Source: Breznakia sp. PF5-3
GTDB lineage: Bacteria; Bacillota_I; Bacilli_A; Erysipelotrichales; Erysipelotrichaceae
Assembly: GCF_029504745.1 (NCBI RefSeq)
Contig: NZ_JAQFIQ010000016.1
Location: forward strand, 1 to 32,000
Direction: 5' to 3'
Length of the DNA stretch: 32,000 bases
Shown here: positions 1 through 7,293 of the stretch, piece after piece
How the letters are laid out: each line of letters opens with the position of its first letter
Numbering within the stretch: the stretch's first letter is position 1
Made by a program: the position numbers and the translations under genes
The notes under the pieces: generated by a model
Told to the model about the DNA's origin: nothing
What the model saw: the letters and a program-made list of their open reading frames with translations, nothing else
The model's database searches: none

Positions 1-210
1 AGTTATTTTCAGTGTACACTTATTCACTTTTCAAAGATCTTTAAAAACTTTTTAAAGTTGGTCAATATTGCTTGACTTCCTTATAGTTAGCTCCTTGTTT
101 AAAAGTGTGCTTTGTATGTTTTTTTCAACATAGTCTAGATGGTTTTCTTTTAACCATGCTTTTGCTTTGATAGCTGATGTACAGCCGAACGATGTATACA
201 TTAAAATCAT
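1..210 (-). pseudogene. Spx/ArsC-family regulator remnant; reading frame broken, and it runs off the window edge
   Basis: Reverse-strand ATG at 208-210 with SD GGAGAG (217-222) and an extended -10 TGCTACAAT (240-248). It translates MILMYTSFGCTSAIKAKAWLKENHLDYVEKNI..., which resembles the Spx N-terminus [23 protein letters not shown]. The CXXC motif is CTSA here. The frame hits TAA after 52 codons, then shows Spx-like KVFKDL followed by TGA. Confidence 0.4.
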
Positions 211-452
211 ATCCATCTCTCCTTTCCTTATCCACCTTCATTGTAGCATATAAAAAACAGAAATCAACAAAAACCTATCTTTTTAATAGGAATTAACAAT
301 TTCTTAACAATTATCACATATTTTTACATATAACCTTGATAATTGCGATACTAGAAAAGGGTATACTTTAAGCAAGCAAACGATAATAGGTTTGCTGAAG
401 TATTCCCTAAAAATACTTCATATATTCTCCCTTTTTTTAAATAAATTCAAAT

Positions 453-480
453 AAAAAGCCTAATGGGCTTTTTATTTTTA
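453..480. terminator. Small A/T-flanked hairpin, possibly a bidirectional terminator
   Basis: AAAAAGCC-TAATG-GGCTTTTT followed by TTTATTTTT. Only 3 GC pairs, so it is weak. Confidence 0.4.
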
Positions 481-496
481 GCTTTTCTGTATTATA

Positions 497-505
497 TGAT
501 ATAAT
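497..505 (+). promoter_or_regulatory. Extended -10 promoter element (TGATATAAT) for the ABC exporter gene
   Basis: TGnTATAAT at 497-505. It lies about 20 nt upstream of the SD GGGGGA (515-520). Confidence 0.5.
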
Positions 506-526
506 GCTTTAATTGGGGGAATGAAC

Positions 527-2260
527 ATGAGTAAAAGAATGAAGAAGTTTTTAGGTTATTATAAACCGTATCGTAAAATATTTTTTACGGATATGTTTTG
601 TGCTTTAATCGCTTCAGCAATTACGTTGATATTTCCTTTATTAACAAGGTATATTGCAAATGATGTTTTACAAGCAGAAGGAAATGTTGCCTTTGATATC
701 ATCTGGAAAATAGGAACGGTGATGGTTGTTCTTGTAATTATTGAATATTTTGCTAATTATTATATTGCTTATAAAGGGCATGTCATGGGAGCTTATATGG
801 AAGCGGATATGCGGGATGAATTATTTCAGCATTATCAGAAGCTAAGTTTTAATTTTTATGATGATCAAAAAGTTGGTCAATTGATGACGCGTCTAACAAA
901 TGACTTGTTTTCTTTAACTGAACTTTATCATCATGGACCAGAGGATATTGTGATATCCTTTATTAAAATTATTGGTGCTTTTGTAATTTTGATAGCTATC
1001 CATGTTCCACTTACATTAATTGTATTTGGAATGATACCATTTATGATTATCTTCAGTGTTTATTATAATAAGCAGATGAAGCGTGCATTTAAAGCGAATC
1101 GTAAAAAAATAGGAGATATCAATGCTAGAATTGAAGATAGTCTTTCTGGGATTCGAGTTGTAAAATCATTTGCGAATGAAGAGCAAGAAATGAATCGTTT
1201 TCAACATGAAAATCGTTTATGGATTGATACAAAGCGTAATTCATATCATAAGATGGGAAGATTTCATTCAGGGATTGGTGCTTTTATTAGCATGTTAAGT
1301 GTGGTTATTATTTTAGGTGCAGCATATTTTATTTCTGAGGGACAAATGAACGCAGGGGATTTAATTGCTTACTTATTGTATATTTCAAATCTAACAGATC
1401 CAATTAAACGATTGATTAACTTTACGGAGACATTTCAAGATGGAATATCAGGGTTTGAACGTTTTATGGAATTGTTAGAAATCAATCCTGATATTGAAGA
1501 TCAACCAAATGCAATTGAATTAAAAGATGTAAAAGGAAATGTAGTATTTGAAGATGTATATTTCCGTTATAATGAAAAAAGTGAATATGTTCTTGAGGAT
1601 GTAAATCTTGATGTAAATGCAGGAGAGTATATTGCCTTGGTTGGGCAAAGTGGTGCTGGAAAGACAACGCTATGTTCTTTAATTCCAAGATTTTATGAAA
1701 TCAATAAAGGTGATATTAAGATAGATGGAATATCAAATAGAGATATTAAATTAAAATCATTACGAGATAATATTGGTGTTGTTCAACAAGATGTATATTT
1801 ATTTGCTGGTACAATTATGGATAACATTGCCTATGGGAACCTTACAGCAAGTGAAGAGGATATTATTCGTGCAGCGAAACAAGCAAATGCACATGAGTTT
1901 ATTATGGGCTTAGAAGATGGTTATTATACTGATATTGGATCTCGTGGGGTGAAGTTATCAGGTGGTCAGAAACAAAGGTTATCCATTGCTAGAGTATTTC
2001 TTAAGAATCCTGCGATTTTAATTTTTGATGAAGCAACAAGTGCACTTGATAATGAGAGTGAACAAGTGGTTCAAGAATCTTTAGAAAGCTTAGCGAAAGA
2101 TCGTACAACATTTGTAATCGCACATCGATTATCAACGATTAAAAATGCAAAAAGAATTGTTGTTTTAGGTGAACATGGTATTGAGGAAACAGGAAATCAT
2201 GAAGAATTATTAAAACAAGATGGAGAATATGCCAAATTATATAATATGCAATTTAGATAG
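527..2260 (+). CDS. ABC transporter, fused permease/ATP-binding protein (type I exporter, MsbA/MdlB-like)
   Basis: N-terminal six-TM domain. Walker A GQSGAGKTT, signature LSGGQKQR, Walker B ILIFDEATSALD, H-loop AHRLST. The ORF opens at 521, but the SD at 515-520 fits the ATG at 527 (MSKRMKK). Confidence 0.9.
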   Translation: MSKRMKKFLGYYKPYRKIFFTDMFCALIASAITLIFPLLTRYIANDVLQAEGNVAFDIIWKIGTVMVVLVIIEYFANYYIAYKGHVMGAYMEADMRDELFQHYQKLSFNFYDDQKVGQLMTRLTNDLFSLTELYHHGPEDIVISFIKIIGAFVILIAIHVPLTLIVFGMIPFMIIFSVYYNKQMKRAFKANRKKIGDINARIEDSLSGIRVVKSFANEEQEMNRFQHENRLWIDTKRNSYHKMGRFHSGIGAFISMLSVVIILGAAYFISEGQMNAGDLIAYLLYISNLTDPIKRLINFTETFQDGISGFERFMELLEINPDIEDQPNAIELKDVKGNVVFEDVYFRYNEKSEYVLEDVNLDVNAGEYIALVGQSGAGKTTLCSLIPRFYEINKGDIKIDGISNRDIKLKSLRDNIGVVQQDVYLFAGTIMDNIAYGNLTASEEDIIRAAKQANAHEFIMGLEDGYYTDIGSRGVKLSGGQKQRLSIARVFLKNPAILIFDEATSALDNESEQVVQESLESLAKDRTTFVIAHRLSTIKNAKRIVVLGEHGIEETGNHEELLKQDGEYAKLYNMQFR

Positions 2261-2279
2261 GTAGTTCCTATCTTTTTTG
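2255..2279 (+). terminator. Rho-independent terminator of the ABC gene
   Basis: AGATAGG-TAGTT-CCTATCT followed by TTTTTT. The stop codon lies inside the stem. Confidence 0.7.
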
Positions 2280-2280
2280 T
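2263..2280 (+). repeat. Direct repeat copy 1 (AGTTCCTATCTTTTTTGT)
   Basis: Exact 18-nt match to 3232-3249. This copy is the 3' half of the ABC terminator. Confidence 0.8.
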
Positions 2281-2336
2281 TATAAAAAGTTTGGAAATGG
2301 AGAATGTGGGGTATAATAAAGAAAAAGGAGAAAAAT

Positions 2337-3209
2337 ATGGATGATATGAATCGAAAATTGGATGCATATTTAAAATCAAAAAATATTGTTACCGAGGATG
2401 AACTAAAAAAAGCGATGGAGGAATTTATAGATTTGTATAATACAAAAAATATGCCAGTTAATGAATCTAAAATGTCGCAAGCATATGATTATTTAGAACA
2501 GGCTCAATCTGCGAATACTTTAGCATCTGCAAAAAAATATGCTAAGAAGGCTTTGGAAATATGTCCAGATTGTCTTGATGCGACAATGTTTTTGGCAGAA
2601 TTAGAACCAGATTTTTTCAAAAAGGAGAAAATGATGCTCTCTGCTATTGAGATAGAAGAAAAGAAATTGAAGAAAGAGCACTACTTTGAAAAGGATATGG
2701 TAGGGAATTATTATGGAGTTTTTGAAACGCGACCTTACATAAGAGCACTTTATCAATTGGCATTTATGTATGCTGTAGATGGCAGAATAAAGAAAGTGAT
2801 TGAAATTTGTAAAGAGATATTACGTTTAAATGAAAATGATAATACAGGAAGTCGATATTTATTGATGGCAGCTTATGCTTATATAGAAGATGAAAAAGCA
2901 TTGAAAACTTTATATACAAGATATGAATATGAATGTTTAGAAACCCTAATTCCTTTTTTAATAATTTATTATAAGCAAGGCGACTATGGAAAGGCAAAAG
3001 AGTATTTGAATAAGATAAATAAAGCAAATCAATATTTTAAAAGTTTATATTTAGATGATAGTATTTTGAACGATTTAAAAGTACCTGATGGTTATTTCGC
3101 TATTGGGGAACCATCAGAAGTTAAAATGTATTTTGAAAAGTATAGTTTTTTATTGGATAGTGTTAATTGGCTAGATGAATTCATTAATAAAAAAGGAAAT
3201 ATTAGATAA
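2337..3209 (+). CDS. Helical-repeat (TPR/ST7-like) protein of unknown function
   Basis: SD AAAGGAG (2324-2330) fits the ATG at 2337. The upstream part of the tracked ORF (from 2304) contains a TATAAT at 2312-2317. The segments ...ALEICPDCLDA...FETRPYIRAL...LRLNENDNTGSRYLL... recall the ST7/TPR-like family from memory only. Confidence 0.5.
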   Translation: MDDMNRKLDAYLKSKNIVTEDELKKAMEEFIDLYNTKNMPVNESKMSQAYDYLEQAQSANTLASAKKYAKKALEICPDCLDATMFLAELEPDFFKKEKMMLSAIEIEEKKLKKEHYFEKDMVGNYYGVFETRPYIRALYQLAFMYAVDGRIKKVIEICKEILRLNENDNTGSRYLLMAAYAYIEDEKALKTLYTRYEYECLETLIPFLIIYYKQGDYGKAKEYLNKINKANQYFKSLYLDDSILNDLKVPDGYFAIGEPSEVKMYFEKYSFLLDSVNWLDEFINKKGNIR

Positions 3210-3231
3210 TCATCATTATTCATTAAAAGGA

Positions 3232-3249
3232 AGTTCCTATCTTTTTTGT
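3232..3249 (+). repeat. Direct repeat copy 2 (AGTTCCTATCTTTTTTGT)
   Basis: Exact 18-nt match to 2263-2280. This copy lacks the matching 5' stem arm. Confidence 0.8.
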
Positions 3250-3258
3250 GCATTCAAT

Positions 3259-3288
3259 TTGAGTTTTCTTGATGCGGATTAGTATAAT
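3259..3288 (+). promoter_or_regulatory. Sigma-A-type promoter of the ZIP-niaR operon
   Basis: TTGAGT (3259-3264), 18-nt spacer, TATAAT (3283-3288). This excludes the tracked ATG at 3289 as the start. Confidence 0.5.
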
Positions 3289-3306
3289 ATGTATAAGGAG
3301 ATATTT

Positions 3307-4074
3307 ATGGAAACATTTATTGGAATTATGATTCCCTTTTTTGGGACTACCTTAGGGGCGTTATGTGTTTTTTTATTTAGGGAAAAAGTGAGTGATAAAA
3401 TATTATCAAGTTTTCTTGCCTTAGCTGCGGGAATTATGGTGAGTGCTTCTTTTTTCTCGTTAATATTACCAGCTTTGGAAGCTGGTGGGGATAATGCGAT
3501 TATTCCAGTTACGATTGGTTTTATGGCAGGGGGTATCTTTTTGTTTGTCTTGGATCGAATTTTGCCTCACCTTCATCCCAATACCAATACGGTGGAAGGA
3601 TTACCAGCCCATTTAAAGAAATCTACTATGTTAGTATTAGCGGTTACCTTACATAATATTCCTGAGGGTATGGCTGTAGGGCTTTTATATGGTGTTGCAT
3701 TACAAAGTGGTGATGTGGTATCTTTTTCTTCGGCGCTTGCTTTATCGCTTGGAATTGCATTGCAAAATATCCCTGAAGGAGCAGCAATATCATTGCCATT
3801 GAAAAAGACGGGAATGTCAAATGTTAAAGCGTTTATTTATGGAATGCTTTCGGGAATCGTTGAACCACTTGGAGCAGCAATTGCAATTTTCTTTGTTTCT
3901 CTTGTTGGTGGAATGATGCCTTGGTTGTTATCTTTTGCTGCAGGTGCTATGATGTATGTAGTTGTTGAAGAATTGATACCAGAAGCACATATGGATGAGC
4001 ATTCTCATCATATAACATTTATCTTTATGATTGGATTTGCAATGATGATGGTTTTGGATGTCGTTTTAGGATAA
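3307..4074 (+). CDS. ZIP-family divalent metal (zinc) transporter, ZupT/GufA-like
   Basis: Two LHNIPEG / LQNIPEG motifs, a His-rich loop (HLHPN), and about 8 TM segments. SD AAGGAG (3295-3300) fits the ATG at 3307. Confidence 0.85.
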   Translation: METFIGIMIPFFGTTLGALCVFLFREKVSDKILSSFLALAAGIMVSASFFSLILPALEAGGDNAIIPVTIGFMAGGIFLFVLDRILPHLHPNTNTVEGLPAHLKKSTMLVLAVTLHNIPEGMAVGLLYGVALQSGDVVSFSSALALSLGIALQNIPEGAAISLPLKKTGMSNVKAFIYGMLSGIVEPLGAAIAIFFVSLVGGMMPWLLSFAAGAMMYVVVEELIPEAHMDEHSHHITFIFMIGFAMMMVLDVVLG

Positions 4075-4081
4075 GGAAATT

Positions 4082-4591
4082 ATGGATACAAAAGTACGTA
4101 GAATAAAAATTTTAGAAGATTTGAAGCAAACAACAAAGCCGTTAAATGCGACTTTGTTAGCGAAAAAATATGGTGTATCAAGACAGATTGTGGTTGGTGA
4201 TATAGCCATTTTGAAAGCGCAGCAGGAGCCCATTGTAGCGAGTGTAAAAGGTTATTTGTATCTTCGCGACGAAGATGATGGTATGTATACAATAGCTTGT
4301 AAACATAGCAGTGAGGAGACGAGAGAAGAACTACAAATCATTGTTGATAATGGTGGTGTTGTGATGGATGTTATCGTTGATCATCCTGTGTATGGAGAAC
4401 TGGTTGGGAATTTGGATATTGCTTCACGCTATGATATTGATCAATTTATGGATAAGATAGCTTCCACAAAAGCAAAAAACCTTAGTGAAATGAATGAAGG
4501 TATTCATTTGCATACTATAAAATGTCATGATCAAGCAACATATGAACGAATAAAAAAACAATTAAGAGAAGGTGGCTATTTGTATGAATAG
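4082..4591 (+). CDS. niaR: Niacin-responsive transcriptional repressor NiaR (YrxA; HTH + 3H domain)
   Basis: N-terminal HTH LNATLLAKKYGVSRQIVVGDIAILKA resembles B. subtilis YrxA. The C-terminal part is His-containing (3H-type). It starts 7 nt after the ZIP stop. Confidence 0.8.
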   Translation: MDTKVRRIKILEDLKQTTKPLNATLLAKKYGVSRQIVVGDIAILKAQQEPIVASVKGYLYLRDEDDGMYTIACKHSSEETREELQIIVDNGGVVMDVIVDHPVYGELVGNLDIASRYDIDQFMDKIASTKAKNLSEMNEGIHLHTIKCHDQATYERIKKQLREGGYLYE

Positions 4592-4659
4592 TCATTTTTT
4601 TTAACTATAATTTTGCAGTTAAAACGTTTATAATGTAGAGTAGAGAAAGAGGTGGATAT

Positions 4660-7293
4660 ATGCGCTTACAAGATATAAAAAAAGATGCTATTATTCTTGC
4701 TGACAGCTATCTGCATACAGAAATCAGAATGCAGTTATTAGACCAACAGGATGCATTAGCAAATGTATCGGTTATGACATTGACTACCTATCTGAATAAT
4801 TTAGCTAGTGAGGAAGAAGATGCAATTATTTATGAGTATTATAAAATCTTAGCTACACTAGATTTACACGTTTTTAAGAAGGTTGCCTTAACAGGCGATT
4901 TTATTGATGAAGTATTGCAATTTGTGAAAGATATAAAACGATATCAGATTGATGTTGAAACATTACCAGAGCATGATCGTTATCAGCAAGAGTTAAAAAA
5001 GATAATTAAAGCAGTAGTTTTGGTTCCTCTACAATTGGATTATCAATTAAGTGAACTAAAGAAGCAAACGGATTTTCATAATTTCTATATTTTGGATTAT
5101 AATTCAAATGTTTTTAAAGAGCGAGTGTATGAAGAATTAGTTAGTAAAGGTGCGGTTCGTTTGGATATTGAAATAATTAATCCACATAAAGAATTTTATT
5201 ATGTATTAAATAAGCGTGAAGAAGTAGAAGCTCTAGCACGTTATATCATTGAACATGATATAGATGTGCAAGCGAGTAAATTAACGATTTTAAATACAGA
5301 ATATGAAGGATTTATTGAACAAATTTTTAAACGTTATCATATTCCATATTCTTTTGTATCGTCTACATCGAAAAACCGATTATTGTTTAAATATTTATGT
5401 TTGATTGAATATTATTTAAATCCTTCTATGGATACTTTATTAAATGTTGTAAAGGAAGAGGTTTTTCGGCATCCTTATATTAGTGATTTTATGGAATATG
5501 TTTCAACTTTTAAGAAAACCCTTCATGATTCTTTTACACACATTCAAGATGCAACAATCACTAAAGATATTGTTAATGATATTGAATATAAACAATTGGT
5601 GAAGCTAGAATCTCATGCAAATGAGGTAAAGGAATTGATTGCAAAGCAACTTTTGGAATTGGAAACATTATCACCTAAACAAGCACTTATGAAAATTGAT
5701 GAAATTGTTAACGAAAATCATTATTTTTCAAGTGTTGATGATTTAAAAACCGTACGAAAAATTCGTTCTCAAATGAAAGATATGATTCCATATATAGATG
5801 TTGTTCCAATGCAGTTATTTCTTCATGTATTAGAAAAACTTCAAGTTCGTAAAAAAGAGGCATTTGAAGGAATGCTTGTAGCAGGATTAAATGAGCCTTT
5901 AGGTGTAAAAGACTATCATTTTGTATTGGGAGCAAGCAGTGATAACTATCCGAATTTTCAATCTTTAGGAGGAATTTTTTCTGAGCAATATGTTAAGGAA
6001 ATTGATTATCCAAATATTGAAAAGCGTTTTGCCTTGCATGAACAGAATTTAAAAAATAATCTATGTTCTAGCAATCATTTGGTTGTTTTTTATGCAACAT
6101 CTTCTTTAGCGGGGAAAGAAAAGGAAGCAGCTTTAGAGGTAGAAACTTTTATGGAACAAGATGCACAGTATTATGCGCTTTCTTATAATCGTAAGGGATA
6201 CGAACTTAATACCCAATTGGATACAAAAATAAGTAAACAGTTATTTTATCCAAACGATATTTTTAAGGGGTCTATTACATCTTATGAGATGTATAGTAAC
6301 TGTCCTTTCAAATACTTTGTTCGTCATGGATTAAAGATTCCAGAACCAATGAGTTATGAATTTGATTCTGCGAAGGTTGGTACCCTTATGCATTATGTTT
6401 TAGAAATGTTAGTGAAAACTTATGGGAAAGCATATGCAGATCAAACAAGTGAGGTTATAGAAAATTTACTTGATAAAAAGATAGCAGAATTACAAACACT
6501 GTATCCATATATGAAAGAACAAATAGCAATAGTGAGAAAAGGGATTCTAGATAGTCTTGAGAAGAATTTACATTTTTTAAGTGAGATGGAAAAAGACTCT
6601 TCACTTACACCAAGTAAAAGTGAAGAAAGGTTTGATTATGAATTTCATATAGATAATGAAGTTTTACAACTATATGGATATATTGATAGGATAAATGAAA
6701 ATAATGACTTTATATCAATTATTGACTATAAAAGTAGTGCTAAAAAACTAAAGGAAGAAGAAGTTTTTGCATGTTTAAAATTACAGCTTTTAACTTATTT
6801 AGTCGTTAGTGCAAAGCATTCTACAAAACGTCCATTAGGGGCATATTATTATTCCCTAGGAAATAAACAACAGAGTGCAGAATATGCAAAGTATCAAAAA
6901 CGGACGAATGAAATTGTTGAAAATACAAAAGAGGATAGAGAAGCCGACTTTTTGAAGAGTAAGAAATTGGAAGGGTGGACAACAAGTGAGGATATTGAAG
7001 CAATGGATACTTCGCTTGAATTTATAAATGGTGTAGGTTATAAACAGGATGGAAGTTATGCATCAAAAACGAACATATATGATATTAAAGGGTTAGAACA
7101 ATTATGTATTCGTATTTATAAAGGGTTGCTAGGGGAAATAAAAGCAGGAAATATGGATATCATTCCTACAACTTGTGACTTCTGTAAATATGGAAGTATT
7201 TGTCATTATAAAGGTAGAAAGTATGAACGTGAACAAATAACTGTTGATGATGACCTTTATCTTGTACATAAAGGTAAAAGGAGGGATTCATAA
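4660..7293 (+). CDS. addB: Helicase-nuclease complex subunit B (AddB/RexB-type), short form
   Basis: C-terminal PD-(D/E)XK nuclease motif GYIDRI...IIDYKSS. Four Cys (CPFKYF ... CDFCKYGSIC) typical of the AddB Fe-S cluster. Directly abuts addA. No Walker A motif seen. Confidence 0.8.
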   Translation: MRLQDIKKDAIILADSYLHTEIRMQLLDQQDALANVSVMTLTTYLNNLASEEEDAIIYEYYKILATLDLHVFKKVALTGDFIDEVLQFVKDIKRYQIDVETLPEHDRYQQELKKIIKAVVLVPLQLDYQLSELKKQTDFHNFYILDYNSNVFKERVYEELVSKGAVRLDIEIINPHKEFYYVLNKREEVEALARYIIEHDIDVQASKLTILNTEYEGFIEQIFKRYHIPYSFVSSTSKNRLLFKYLCLIEYYLNPSMDTLLNVVKEEVFRHPYISDFMEYVSTFKKTLHDSFTHIQDATITKDIVNDIEYKQLVKLESHANEVKELIAKQLLELETLSPKQALMKIDEIVNENHYFSSVDDLKTVRKIRSQMKDMIPYIDVVPMQLFLHVLEKLQVRKKEAFEGMLVAGLNEPLGVKDYHFVLGASSDNYPNFQSLGGIFSEQYVKEIDYPNIEKRFALHEQNLKNNLCSSNHLVVFYATSSLAGKEKEAALEVETFMEQDAQYYALSYNRKGYELNTQLDTKISKQLFYPNDIFKGSITSYEMYSNCPFKYFVRHGLKIPEPMSYEFDSAKVGTLMHYVLEMLVKTYGKAYADQTSEVIENLLDKKIAELQTLYPYMKEQIAIVRKGILDSLEKNLHFLSEMEKDSSLTPSKSEERFDYEFHIDNEVLQLYGYIDRINENNDFISIIDYKSSAKKLKEEEVFACLKLQLLTYLVVSAKHSTKRPLGAYYYSLGNKQQSAEYAKYQKRTNEIVENTKEDREADFLKSKKLEGWTTSEDIEAMDTSLEFINGVGYKQDGSYASKTNIYDIKGLEQLCIRIYKGLLGEIKAGNMDIIPTTCDFCKYGSICHYKGRKYEREQITVDDDLYLVHKGKRRDS

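Noticed and set aside
1-210. Alternative genetic code (TGA = Trp) as an explanation for the in-frame stops in the Spx-like ORF
   Set aside because: The first interrupting stop is TAA, which a TGA reassignment does not explain. TGA also functions as a genuine stop elsewhere, for example at the nnr end (30967-30969). All other genes read cleanly under code 11.
521-526. Tracked upstream start codons: 521 for ABC, 2304 for the TPR-like gene, 3289 for ZIP, 15756 for cutC, 26609 for GH1-3
   Set aside because: For most, the SD spacing fits the next in-frame ATG. In three cases the upstream ATG sits inside or directly after a promoter or SD element.
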